Positions 26,241 through 38,540 of a stretch of 64,000 bases of DNA are shown piece after piece. Source of the stretch: Eledone cirrhosa (lineage: Eukaryota); assembly GCA_964016885.1 (NCBI GenBank), contig OZ024742.1:160704001-160768000 (forward strand). The letters are read 5' to 3'. Made by a program: the position numbers and the translations under genes. Numbering within the stretch: the first letter of the stretch is position 1; each line of letters opens with the position of its first letter. Below the pieces are notes generated by a model. It was given only the letters and a program-made list of their open reading frames with translations. It had not been told where the DNA came from and did no database searches.

Positions 26241-26254
26241 TATATATATATATA

Positions 26255-26567
26255 CAGTGTGCCCCCGGCGTTTGCGGTCCCGGTTATTCGCGGAATTTTC
26301 CTTAGAACCTATCTAATAAATGTTTGCGGAAACCACCGCATATTCACGGAATCGTAAATATCTTTCTCGATTTTTTCATGGCTTTTTTCGTGGTAATATA
26401 TATTTTTTTTCACGCTTTTTAATGCTAATTTTTTAATAACAATATACCGTATTTGCTGGCCATTACTTTACGTTATGTTTTGACGTTTATTGGCATATTT
26501 ATGGACGACATCCAATATTCGCGGGTGCTCTAGGAACATAACCTCTGCAAATACCAGGAGACAACTG
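26255..26567. mobile_element. Tc1/mariner-pogo-type MITE
   Basis: TA|CAGTgtgcccccggcgtttgcgg ... ctgcaaataccaggagacaACTG|TA: imperfect TIRs with TA flanks. Confidence 0.6.
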
Positions 26568-26675
26568 TATATATATATATATATATTATATTATATTATA
26601 TTATTTATATATCTTCATACACGAAACAAAAGCGCTACCCCAGCTTTCAAGGGCCAAAGCGACTAAACCTCCAGA

Positions 26676-26721
<46 letters not shown>

Positions 26722-26734
26722 ATGTATATATATG

Positions 26735-26812
<78 letters not shown>

Positions 26813-26916
26813 TGAAAGAATAACATTGTCGCCTGCACAAAAGGGTTTTATTTACAGTATTAACAACTGTTTCATTTATCAGGTGAGTCTAAACCTCATA
26901 ACCTTGGATTACCTAC

Positions 26917-26961
<45 letters not shown>

Positions 26962-27192
26962 TCAGATTATGTGATAGTTTAACACCAACACTTCAGCAAG
27001 CATGCAGGATAGATCACTCAACGAAGGCCACAAGAGGGACTGTCATCTCCGGAGTAAGTTTATAAACAAGAATTATAGAACTGACAATATCAGAAAGCAA
27101 GAATAACCGTTAAAAACTTTACTTTTCTCTGATATTATTTTTTCTCAAAGAAAAACTTTAGGTTTTTTTAGGTTTTCTATGTGTTGCTTCTA

Positions 27193-27251
27193 ACTGTCTG
27201 AAGAGGTCATAGCTGTTGAATTGTGGCTATCACCGAAATATATATAACGGT
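27193..27251 (+). ncRNA. Minimal type I hammerhead ribozyme
   Basis: actgt-CTGAAGA-ggt.atagc..gctat.acc-GAAA-tatatat-A-acggt: all three stems pair and helix III is palindromic. Confidence 0.75.
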
Positions 27252-27474
27252 AATGAAAGAAGTATATTATGAAATGTTGACTTATACCTCTTGTATATAT
27301 ATATTTTTTTTTTTTCATTCACACACACATATATATATATATATACAAATTTTAGTACAGCATCAACGAAGCTTTAGGTTGCAGCCAAGCTAACGAATGC
27401 AGTTTCGGTGTGCAGCTAAGCACTCAATGGAGAATTTTACTCCAGAGTTATAACATTACGTTTAGACAGCTATG

Positions 27475-27505
<31 letters not shown>

Positions 27506-27761
27506 TATAAATTAAAGTATAGAAATTATTTCGTTTCTGAATTTGTTTAGCAAGATTCTTTATCTGAAATCGTGTGTTGAAACCGATATTGTTATACTTT
27601 GGGAGGGTCATGTTGCCAATAAGAAACACACGCACCAGTTGCTTTCACTTCAATTTATTATATATTTATAAATTTATAAATTTACAAATTTACAAATTTA
27701 CAAACCTATAAATTTCTGGTTGGCTGGTTGGTTCCACAACCAGATAGTTGTTTATATATAT

Positions 27762-27806
27762 AGTCATAGTCCTTTCGTCACACACTCTGTGACCTCTTCA
27801 GTGACT
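27762..27806 (-). ncRNA. Minimal type I hammerhead ribozyme (left arm)
   Basis: Exact reverse complement of 27921-27965. Confidence 0.75.
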
Positions 27807-27920
27807 GGGGATTCCTTTCTTCGTTTCTGTGCCTTTCCTTTCTTCTATCCTACGACCATATATATTCTGAAACAAAATGGCGTAGGATAGAAGAAAGGAA
27901 AGGCACAGAAAGGAATCCTC

Positions 27921-27965
27921 AGTCACTGAAGAGGTCACAGAGTGTGTGACGAAAGGACTATGACT
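27921..27965 (+). ncRNA. Minimal type I hammerhead ribozyme (right arm)
   Basis: agtca-CTGAAGA-g-gtcac-agagtgt-gtgac-GAAA-ggac-T-A-tgact. Confidence 0.75.
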
Positions 27966-28147
27966 ATATATATAAACAACTATCTGGTTGTGGAACCAAC
28001 CAACCAACCAGAAATTTATAGGTTTGTAAATTTGTAAATTTGTAAATTTATAAATTTATAAATATATAATAAATTGAAGTGAAAGCAACTGGTGCGTGTG
28101 TTTCTTATTGGCAACATGACCCTCCCAAAGTATAACAATATAGAAAT

Positions 28148-28207
<60 letters not shown>

Positions 28208-28596
28208 AATTAAGTTAAAAAAAAAGCGTCAGTCATACAAAAGTGAGTTACAAACGAAACGAAATTTAATTTCGTTTCGTTATTTGTTGTTATATATATA
28301 TAGTTTTCATGAAATAGTCTTATGACTATACAGAGCATTTGAAGTTTTTCCAAATTGAAGGATAGGTATCTTGAATTTTATTTTATCATAAGTTAAGGCT
28401 CTATTGATTTTTCCCTGGATTTCACTAAATTCTGTGGATGAATTTATATCCTGATTCTCTTTAAGATGAGTTTAAATTATTTTTCCCACATCTTACGTTA
28501 ACTATTTTTCCCATTTTGACGCTATAGTCACTTATATACTATGGAATGCTGTTCGCTTTTCGCTGCAGTGTTTTCTATACCTTTCATTTATATATT

Positions 28597-28627
<31 letters not shown>

Positions 28628-28817
28628 AGATCAAAAGATGGTTTAAAGAGTTCCATGTATTTTATTATGCGCATTTCAAAAACAAATATCATCATGCAAT
28701 AACATTTGCGTTTTCGTCAGATAAAATAGGGAGACATGATATGAAGGTTAAAAAACACTTGTGAATAGTGCAGTTTTAAATCAACATATTTATTGTACTA
28801 CAAGAAAACTCACCTCC

Positions 28818-28879
<62 letters not shown>

Positions 28880-28889
28880 ATATATATAT

Positions 28890-29313
28890 TATATATATAT
28901 AAAGTTGTAGTTCCTGTCTTTTTGTCTCTTTGTCTCTTTGTTTGTTCACGAATACCTCCTATGGTTTTGGAGATAGTCCCCCTCCCCTCCCCATGACCAT
29001 ATATATTCTGAAACTACATTGCCCAGGGTACTTGGATAAGTATATTTCATTTTAATCAAAGGGTTCCCTGGGGACACAACCCCCGCTGAAAACCTCCACT
29101 CAAAATCTTTTCCCTTCGATTTATATGAAATATCAATCATAGGTAAATGATACGATATGATCCCTATTCACAAAATTTCAGCAAATTTCAATAATATTTA
29201 GACAACCTAGTGGAGTTTTTCTCCATAAATTATATCACTGATTTAAAATCAATCATCATTTTCTTACAAAAAAGAATGTGTGAAACGCAGCAAGGCGCGG
29301 GTAATTCGGCTAG
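28890..29313 (+). mobile_element. Non-autonomous Helitron-like element
   Basis: 3' end cgcagcaaggcgcgggtaattcggCTAG|t, a GC hairpin about 12 nt before CTAG. The 5' boundary within (TA)n is uncertain. Confidence 0.55.
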
Positions 29314-30545
29314 TGTGTGTATATATATATATATATATTAAAACGTAATGAATCTATTCAAAATACCAAAACATTTATTAACATTAGCATTACATTTATT
29401 TCTTCTGATAAACCTTGAGAATTCTCAAGAGCGGAAATAATTGCTTTAGTTTTAAATAGCTCCACATCTTTTCTTTTTTTTTTTTTTTTTACTTCTTGGT
29501 AAATACAGCGCAGTCAAAGTTTGCCAAAGCGATGGAGTGTTTGGCTTCCAGCCTGAAGTTCAATCGTTCGGATCATTTTTAATGGTGCTATACTCTGTCC
29601 GTGGCACATAAAGTTTCTGATAGTTAAGTTCATCTAACTGTAAATAGGTCGCCTGTGTTGGTTCAGCTCACTACAGTTGCAGCGGAATCATTGTACTATT
29701 AAGAAGGTGTTTCATGAGCTGTGGAAAGCTGAGCTCAAGCTTTCCCGTGTCTAGAGTACGCAAGCCTTGCGCGTGAAATTGGGTAAATGGAATATGTGTA
29801 GAAACATAGAAGCCCGTCGGATGAATTTTACCTGTAATTCAAAAGTCAAGTGTTGGCACATATTGGCTCACCCTGATTCCGTTTGTGAATTACATTACTG
29901 GCACTTTTTTCAAGACGATTGAATTTGATTTGAAGAAGATGTTACTAATAGTTCTCTCAGTTCCCCCAGTTTTAAAGTGTAACAAATTCATGAACACATG
30001 ATACGTTCTCTCCAAACAGATATAGTTGAAAATCATTCAAGATTATGAAAGTCACCTTATAAATTATACATTATTTAGTGGACGCAGCATTGCTGAATGG
30101 CGAAGAATAAGGTTCCAGGCTCAATCCTACTGTGTGACATCTAGTGCATGTAGACTCACGCCTTGTCAGTGAAATTGAGTACGAGGAAACTGGTTTGAAA
30201 CCCGTCGGATGGATTGTACTTATAATTTAGTGTCACGCTGAATCTCCCTGAGAATAACATTAAGGGTACAAATGTCATTAGAATGCTCAGACATGAACAC
30301 GAGCAGGCCGAACAAGCTGATCATTCGTTTGATTCCACATACTAAAAAACAATTTTTTCAATTTTGAAAATATCTTGATTAAATCAACTGTTCTGGGATT
30401 TCTCTTATCGTTGTTCTTGCTCTTATTGTTGTTGTTACTATACTGCTGCTGCTGTTTTCTTAACTGAAGTCAGCAACTCAGTGCAAAATATTGTCTTCCC
30501 TAAACAACATTTGCTAAAACCTCGTACTATAACTATATATATATA

Positions 30546-30573
30546 CTAGCAGAGTATCCCGTCGTTGCTGGGC
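30546..30573 (-). mobile_element. Helitron-like 3' terminus
   Basis: Minus strand gcccagcaacgacgggatactctgCTAG|t. Confidence 0.5.
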
Positions 30574-31164
30574 AATCTTCACCCTTAGATACCTTTTTTT
30601 TTTCAATTTTTCTATTCCATGTTAGACCATGTCTTCCTCGAGCCTCATCTCCCCTTATTTATTCCCCGTGAATCTTCAATCGCTTCCAATATGGTTTCTA
30701 TGAAAATTCACTCAGTAGCATGAGTGTCTTCGCCTAAACATCGGGTGACCTCTGTGAGGACAACTCTATGTGTCATAACCAAAGTATACCCCTGTTGACG
30801 GCATAAATGGACGGAATAATAAGGTCACATTGAAGGAATACATGAGTTGATCAATAAAAGTCAGACTATTTAAATTGTCACAGTAACAGTGATTGGTAGT
30901 ATTACTATTTTTTTATTTATTTGTTTTTCTTTTATTCTTTTCAGAATTAAGAAACTCCATGTGTCGCAAATACTTCACTTTGGGACGCAGATTTCGAAAA
31001 TCAAATCCGTTTTTCTCCAGAACGAACCGTTTCGGAATTTGCATAACTGCCCCAATGATTGCGTAAGGATCTGACGAAGTCACATGAATAACCATGTAAC
31101 AGAAATATATATAATGCAATAAACATTCATGGTGATTTAATCCCGTCTTAACTACCATTATTTG

Positions 31165-31354
31165 GCCGGTGGATTGGCAGTATCGGTAGAGGGTCGGACA
31201 CCATGCTTTGACGCATAGAATTACGGCCCTTGCCATTCTGAGTTCAAATCCCGCCGAGATTAACTTTGCCTTTCATCCTTACGGGTTCGATAAAATAAAG
31301 TACCAGTAATGCACTGGGTAATTGCTGGCCTTGTGCCAAAAGTAGAAACAATTA
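31165..31354 (+). mobile_element. tRNA-derived SINE
   Basis: Full-length family member. Confidence 0.85.
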
Positions 31355-31356
31355 TT

Positions 31357-31392
<36 letters not shown>

Positions 31393-33624
31393 CCTCTATA
31401 TATATATATATTTGTCTGTGTCTATGTGTGTGTATGTGCTTTATTTTGGCCAAGCTTGTGTCTTGTAAGTTTGGAGTTTCTGTGTACTCACTGGCTCGTA
31501 TGGCGAACCTGTAACTACAAAAGAGAAACAAATCCCAGACTTGGCCTTAATAAAGAATATATTAATCTCTACAATGGTATTGGGTATGTGTGTGTAGATA
31601 GAGTTTATTTTGAATACTTGAACAGCACAGCATATATCTGCTTTTATCTCGACCCATCTCTTTATGGTTTTGTATTCTTCATAGAAACATCTTTGATAAC
31701 TTAATAAAAAGACATTTATTTGCAGATAGACATAGCTTAACATATACTTGCTTCTATCTACATACGTTCTTCCGTCATTATATATAATAGGAAAGATAAC
31801 TTAGTTGTACCCTGTAATAATATCCATTAACTTTGCAAAGACCATTTTACAAGGAAGTGTGGAAGGAGAGAGAAGAGAGGTAGTCAACGGAATCAATGGA
31901 TACACATGGTGGCCTTGTAAAATCCATTTTCAATGAACTGTAGGAGAGATAAGAGGTGGTCAGAGGAAAAGATAGACACTCAACATCGATAAGTGAACAT
32001 GCAAAACTTTAACGGAGACACAGATTTGGTAAGGAACGGCGACAGATAGAGAAGGATGGCATTATAGCATAGCACAACGGTGCCCCCAACCATTTCATCC
32101 GGAGTTGAGATTCAAGTAAGCAAACATAATCAGTATCCTTTCTATAATTACCATATACCTGTTTTGTCTAAAATAACACCATGTCCTGAGAAAAAAATGA
32201 AAGAAAGAAAGAAAGAAAAGGCTTTTGATCATTTCCCCTTTTACCGCTTTCTTATGTTTTTGCTTCTGTTAAGAACACAATGAAATAACAAATTATAAAT
32301 TTCTGTTTTTAACAGAACGGTTTACCATATGTAGTAATAGTTGCTCTGAATAATAGAACATCTTGCTCGCCCTCTTTCTTTCTCTGTATCACCCATAGCA
32401 TAATTGTGTTTTTATTTTTATTAAGGGATTCACAAAAGTGCAAATTATAAAAAGCTCGTTCTAAATATTCAGTTTACTGAAAGTAAGTTGCTACAACGCA
32501 GGGTTTTTTACTATGAAAAATAGTCGAACTAGTTAAGTATATAGGCCCTTAGCGATGGAAATACGTGGACAGTATCGCTAGAGGGACTCAAAACCACAAC
32601 TACAGTATACCGGACGGCTGCCCTGTCATTACACCAATGGAAGACAAGCCATTTACTGGTCATTTTTATGTCTTACATATCGGCCAATGGCGTTTTGATT
32701 TTTAATCTGTTTGCATGTTTGACTATTTTTCATAATAAAAAAAAACCTGCGTTGAATCAGTTTACTTTAAGTTAAAAAATATTCAAAATTCAAAATTTGC
32801 TCAACACTTCGAATGATTCAATGTATACAATTTACTATATTTTAATATTTTATTATGTTTTTAAAATCATTTTATCATTGTTTTTCTGTGTTTCTAGACC
32901 ACAGAGTGTTTGTATGAATGTATGAGTAGGTTTTTTCTTTAAGGTTCAAATCTCAATATGTCTACATGTTTTATGTATGAGATAACGAGATTAGTGTTTG
33001 TGTTGTTGTCTATATCACAACAAATTGCCTTTAATTACATATAGTCTGGAATATTTACGTCACGTAACCCATCAGGATATAGCAATTACTCCCATTGTTG
33101 TTGATGATGTTTTAAAGTTAAACTTTGTCCGACAGAATGAATATCCACACAGAAATAGTTTCAGAACTACTACACATTTCGTTGGTTCGTCTCCACACAT
33201 TGTTGTTGTTGTTGTTGTTGTTGCTGCTGTTGTTGTTATTATTATTATTGTTGTTATTATTATTATTATCATAACACATTTTTTATGTTCTCTTCCACGA
33301 GGAAAATATATATATGATATTTTAACTAATGATAGACTGTTCAATTTCATTCTGTCGGTATATTTAATCAGTTTGGTCGATAATTATAATCGATCGGTTG
33401 ACATGATCACTTGATCATTTTGATATGATCTGTGAAAGATCAGTGGGTATAGTTTGAAACAATGTAGTAAGTCTCCGCCGCTGAAGTAAGTGCCAGCCCA
33501 ATCGTGTATCAGGCGAGCGGTATATCATGCTAGTCCCGGTTCGTAACACGTTCGCTCCAAAACTGGGTTTTCTAACGTTTTCAAAAAATCAGGAGGAAGT
33601 TGATCCGTCGCCATCAACCTACTG

Positions 33625-33671
33625 TCACCAATAAAATTCCTTTTTTGTTTGTTGAACTGGCACTTCTAGTC
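33625..33671 (-). CDS. vg: Terminal coding exon of a vestigial-like gene (GLEVPVQQTKKEFYW*)
   Basis: Acceptor tttctgtttgcagtttcag is phase-compatible with the exon at 57424-57852. The C-terminus resembles the conserved vestigial-family ending (K[DE]xYW). Confidence 0.65.
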
Positions 33672-34272
33672 CTGAAACTGCAAACAGAAATATTATTGTA
33701 AGTCACAGTTATCAATATATAACAATTATATAACATTTTTGTAACAAAATATAATGTCTATTATTTCCTAGTAATACAGTTACTCTTTTATTCTTTTACC
33801 TGTTACAGGCGACAGGCTGATGCCTTGCTCCAGTTTATTCCTTTACTGGTTTCGGTCGTTAGACAGTGGCCATGATAAGTTCATCACATCGGCCTCAGTA
33901 TTTATTCTATCGACCTCTTTTGTTAAATCGCTAAATTACGGCATATGAACACAGGCACAGACACAAACGTAAACACGGACACGAACACACATACATACAT
34001 ACATATATATATTCTGCAGTTTCCATCTATCAAATTTTACTCACACGACATTTGCCCGATGTGCCACGCAGTGGGAGTGAACCCGAAGTTACGTGGCTGC
34101 GAAGCGGACTCTTTAACCACACAGCCATGTCTGTGCCTGTATAATATATAACATTTTATTACTCAGTAAAAAAGTTAGGAAAATATAATATTTTATTATT
34201 GTAGCTGCTATATTTATTATACGAGAGAAAGAGAGCCAGAGAGAGAGAAGGAGAGAGAGAGACGGAGAGAGC

Positions 34273-34349
<77 letters not shown>

Positions 34350-34760
34350 GTGAAATCGAAAACGCTGGATCGAAAGAGATAGACAGAATAAATGCATATA
34401 TGAACCCATATATGAGATATTTATGTGTAACAAATATAATAAACATATATTTATAATGAACATATATTTAATCATGCTGTGACATACATGTGTGTCTGTG
34501 TGTATGTGTGTTTTTGTGTGTATAAGTGATGTTTGTGATTTCTTGCAAGAATACGATTGAGCGAATGTATCTATGCATGTATGTATGTAAGTATATATAC
34601 AAGTATATAAGCATGTAGGTAGGTATGTATGCATTTATGCATGAAGTATACGTATAGACATGTGTATGTTATTCAAGTCTAAATAGGTTATTAACGTTAT
34701 GCATGAACATACATGTATATATATATATTGTATGTGCACTCAGCCTGTTATAACGTTATG

Positions 34761-34824
<64 letters not shown>

Positions 34825-35085
34825 TTTCTTTATTAACCACAAGGGTTTACATAAAGTAGACATTAAGGACAGTGCAGGACAATGCAGGACGGTACAAATG
34901 GGCATTTCTGCGTGTAAAAAAAACAAAAATAGAGGATGTAACAAAAATAACAATGAAAATAACAATGAAAAATTCCCCAATAGGGGGGAGACTTCGGAGG
35001 GACATTTGTGGAGAAAGCCCAGTAAAAAGCCACAATGACCCTGACCACCAAGGCAAGTGCCCTCTCCCAGTTTTCCACCTTTAGT

Positions 35086-38000
35086 TTACAGATATATACT
35101 CAGAGTCGGCCCATTCACTCGGGCCATTCTTGCTTCTCTCACCCATCTTTCAACAAAATGCTGGGAAGAGAGCACTTCCTTCTCTACTCTGATTTTCCTT
35201 TTCAAATGAAATTTGAAAAAGTCAATCAGAGCATCACCGAAGAGGTAAGTGCTCGTCTTCAGCCCTTTCAAACGTGTCCACCATACTATCTCTTTCGCCA
35301 TGGCCACCAGACAGATAAAAACTGCCTGCCCTTCCCGGCTAAAGGAGGAGGGCGGGGCAATCCTCACGATAGACTCAGATGATAGCTGGATCCGTCCTAA
35401 ACGCGACAGCAGGTGTTCGACATAAACCCACAAGTCAGCAATTTTCGGACACTGGACGAGTGCGTGCAGGACGGTTTCGTCGCCCTGCGCGCATCTCGGA
35501 CATGCCCGGCTGACGGCACCTCCATGCCTGTAGAGTTTATCCCGAACTGGCAAGGCTCCTCGGTAGCACTGCCAGGCCAGAGATTTCTGGAAGTTGTCCA
35601 TAGGCCCTGGCCCGAAGGTTCTTCCGAAGAGATTGGCTAGTTGATTTTCGTCGACGCCTAGAGTTTCCCCAAGTACGTCGTCGCTCTTCCCCTCCACTAA
35701 TCCTCTATAGAACGCCGAGGTGGAGTTTCCACCGATCACATTGCCCGATTGGTCGAGGGCTGTGAGCGCCTGAAGACATTCCAGTCTCCAGGCGCTCCCT
35801 CTCGGTCTTCGCTTGACCCAGGACTGCAGCTCCGTCAAGGAAACGAGCTGGGGAAAAACGCGTCTAGCAAACGGCGACCACACCTGATCACCGTCGAGGA
35901 AGAGGTGGAGATGTCGTAGCCTGAGCGCGTGCCTGCGCATCATCAGCCACGGCATGCCCAGCCCTCCACGTAGCGGGTGTTGACAACAGATGGACCGCCT
36001 GACCATCGGAGCACGTCCCTTCCACAAAAAGCGAAAGAGCAAACGCTCCAGCGCAGTCAGGCGAGGCTTAGGACAAGGTACGACGGTTAGGCGGTAGCAG
36101 ATGACAGACGCGATGTACGCGTTAGCCACCTCCGCTCGACCTTTCAGGGATAGCTTCCTCTCCGCCCATTTCTGGGTGAGAGAAGCCACCCTGCTCGTCA
36201 CCTCGTCCCAGTTTTTGTCCGTCTGGAGGTCCGGACCGAACCAGACCCCTAGCAATTTAACCGGTCCGTCCGTCCAGCGCCCGACGACGCTGTTGGACGG
36301 CATGGACCTGCCTCTCCAGGTGCCGAGCTGCAGGCCCACTGACTTTTCCTGGTTGATCATTGCTCCTGTCACCGCTTCGTATTCTCTTAGTGTAGTGCCG
36401 ATCGCCTCGATGTGTTTGGCGTTCGACACCACTACGGTGACATCGTCCGCATATGCTGACACGGATCTTCCGCATCCTAGTTCGCGCGGGACTCCCCTCA
36501 ACGTCTCCAGTTTGTGCAGTAATGGCTCGAGAGTCAATACGTACAAGAGGGACGAGAGGGGACATCCTTGGCGGACCGAGCGCATGATGTTGAACGGTTC
36601 CGACAGGTGACCGTTCACTCTCACCACAGAGCAGATGTCGCTGTGCATGGCAGCGATCCAGCCTCTGAAGACGGGCCCAAAGCCAGCCGCCCTCAGGACT
36701 GCCGCTAGGTAACGATGGTCGACCCTATCGAAAGCTTTCGACTGATCTAAATTGATCAAGGACCCACCCGTGCCAGGTTCCCTAGCTACCCTCTCTACGA
36801 TGTATCGCATGAGGTGGAGGTTGTCGTGGATGGATCTGTCGGGAATGGCGCATGTCTGCGCCTCTCCCACCAGACCACCAACGACAAGCGCCAACCTCTT
36901 TGCTAGCACCTTGGCCAAAATCTTAAACTCTGTGTTTAGCAGAGTTATGGGCCGGAAATTGTCTATGTTATCCCCCTTGTTCGGATCCTTTCTCAGCAGT
37001 GCCACCGCTCCTCGGCTCACAGAACTGGGAATTCTCCCGTTCTGTTGCCAGTTGCAGTAGACGTCCGCCAAGAGGCCTCCGAACAAGTCTGGCATCTGTA
37101 CGTAAAGTTCATAGGGCAGACCATCCAAACCAGGCGATTTACCCCTTGTGCAGCCAGTCATTGCCTCCCTTACTTCAGCGGCTGTTATCGGCTTTTCGCA
37201 ACACTTCGCCTCAGTGGCCGAGAGCCGCGGCAGTCCGTCGAGGTAGACACTAAAGTCCATCCCTCTACCCGGCCCCCCGCTGCCCCCGAACAGCTGAGCG
37301 AAGTGTCGCTGAAAAGCTTCACACATTTGCCCGGGATCGAGTAGCATGCGCCCGTCGTGGTCCACCAAAGACCGGATCGTGGCTTTGTTGCCACGACGCG
37401 CCTCCGCCACTCGGGCCCATTGAACGGCTTTCGTCCCCTCGTGTCTGAGAGCACGCACCCTAGCTCTGACAACGCAGCCTTCGTGCTTTGCATTGAAGAA
37501 TTGGTCAAGGGCCAATTTCGCCGCAAGCACGTCGGTCGCAATGCCTTTGCTAAGCGCCTCGTCTAATTTTCTAACTAGTTCTCCCTCTGCTCTATTTTTC
37601 TCTATTGCTAAAGCCTTACTAAACCTAATCGATTCTATTCTAATCGCTCTTTTCAGAGCAAACCACCACTTGTTGTTGACGATGGCCCCCGTCAACGCCC
37701 GCTTAACTAGTTCGCTAATCCGGTCTCTGTAGGCCTTGCGCGCTGGTAAGGACGCGTTTAGCTTCCAGTAGCCGGGTCCTCGTCTATGAAGCCTATCTAA
37801 GTCAAGCACACAGATCACGAATTTGTGGTCCGTGTAGCTGACTATCTTGAATTGTGGACAGCCTATGCTAGACCTATCTATTTCCCTACAAAATACTCTA
37901 TCTAGATATGATCTGGATGACCCTATGCGGTTTGTCCAAGTCCACATTGGCACATTCGGGAAATCCAATCGGTACCTGTCAGACAGTTCAAAACGCCTGA

Positions 38001-38505
38001 GCAGGTTGGTGAGGCTCTTGCACCCTCCACCCCTATCCGCTAATCCCACACAGTCCCAGCGTGCATCTAAGATCCCGTTCCAGTCGCCCACTAACACTAA
38101 AGAGCGCGACGTTCCAAGAAAGGTCTCCAGACGCCGGAAGAAATCAGGCCGCCCTGCTCCTGTCGGGGCATAGACGGCCACTAGCCTGAAAGCTTGCCCG
38201 TCTCCGCTGGTCACGTCCAGCACCACCAGCTTACCCTCTGGGTCCAGGAAGATGGCCCGTATGGCGAGATCCAAACCTCTCCGAAAAAGCACAGCAACTC
38301 CTCCACCCGATCCAGGACGGCTGGGAGATGCGTACACATCGTAGCCGCCGAAGATCGGTGCGAAGGCCCGTGCTTCGGAGATTCTGGTCTCGCTGATGGC
38401 CACTACATCTATGTTTAGTGACCTGAGGTCGTTGAGCAGGTGACCCTGCTTCCATGACGACCCCAAGCCACGCGCATTTATGCTGCCTATTCTGAGTGAG
38501 GTCAT
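35086..38505 (-). CDS. ORF2: APE endonuclease, reverse transcriptase and C-terminal CCHC (1139 aa)
   Basis: SINARGL, SET, VYAP, GDWN, LDR, TDH; KSPGLDG, RPITLLN, KAFDRV, RQGCPLS, YADD; CPRC..ETVLHALVQC. Confidence 0.93.
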   Translation of the reverse strand: MTSLRIGSINARGLGSSWKQGHLLNDLRSLNIDVVAISETRISEARAFAPIFGGYDVYASPSRPGSGGGVAVLFRRGLDLAIRAIFLDPEGKLVVLDVTSGDGQAFRLVAVYAPTGAGRPDFFRRLETFLGTSRSLVLVGDWNGILDARWDCVGLADRGGGCKSLTNLLRRFELSDRYRLDFPNVPMWTWTNRIGSSRSYLDRVFCREIDRSSIGCPQFKIVSYTDHKFVICVLDLDRLHRRGPGYWKLNASLPARKAYRDRISELVKRALTGAIVNNKWWFALKRAIRIESIRFSKALAIEKNRAEGELVRKLDEALSKGIATDVLAAKLALDQFFNAKHEGCVVRARVRALRHEGTKAVQWARVAEARRGNKATIRSLVDHDGRMLLDPGQMCEAFQRHFAQLFGGSGGPGRGMDFSVYLDGLPRLSATEAKCCEKPITAAEVREAMTGCTRGKSPGLDGLPYELYVQMPDLFGGLLADVYCNWQQNGRIPSSVSRGAVALLRKDPNKGDNIDNFRPITLLNTEFKILAKVLAKRLALVVGGLVGEAQTCAIPDRSIHDNLHLMRYIVERVAREPGTGGSLINLDQSKAFDRVDHRYLAAVLRAAGFGPVFRGWIAAMHSDICSVVRVNGHLSEPFNIMRSVRQGCPLSSLLYVLTLEPLLHKLETLRGVPRELGCGRSVSAYADDVTVVVSNAKHIEAIGTTLREYEAVTGAMINQEKSVGLQLGTWRGRSMPSNSVVGRWTDGPVKLLGVWFGPDLQTDKNWDEVTSRVASLTQKWAERKLSLKGRAEVANAYIASVICYRLTVVPCPKPRLTALERLLFRFLWKGRAPMVRRSICCQHPLRGGLGMPWLMMRRHALRLRHLHLFLDGDQVWSPFARRVFPQLVSLTELQSWVKRRPRGSAWRLECLQALTALDQSGNVIGGNSTSAFYRGLVEGKSDDVLGETLGVDENQLANLFGRTFGPGPMDNFQKSLAWQCYRGALPVRDKLYRHGGAVSRACPRCAQGDETVLHALVQCPKIADLWVYVEHLLSRLGRIQLSSESIVRIAPPSSFSREGQAVFICLVAMAKEIVWWTRLKGLKTSTYLFGDALIDFFKFHLKRKIRVEKEVLSSQHFVERWVREARMARVNGPTLSIYL

Positions 38506-38540
38506 GTTTAAAATAGAGTGGAAAAGATGGGAAAGACCAC

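Larger units (their letters stand above)
27530..28138. mobile_element. Fold-back element (arms ~260 bp) with inverted hammerheads and a candidate 12-bp TSD; PLE pseudo-LTR derived
   Basis: 27586-27854 is nearly the perfect reverse complement of 27881-28141. The direct repeat tatagaaattat lies at 27518-27529 and 28139-28150. Confidence 0.75.
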
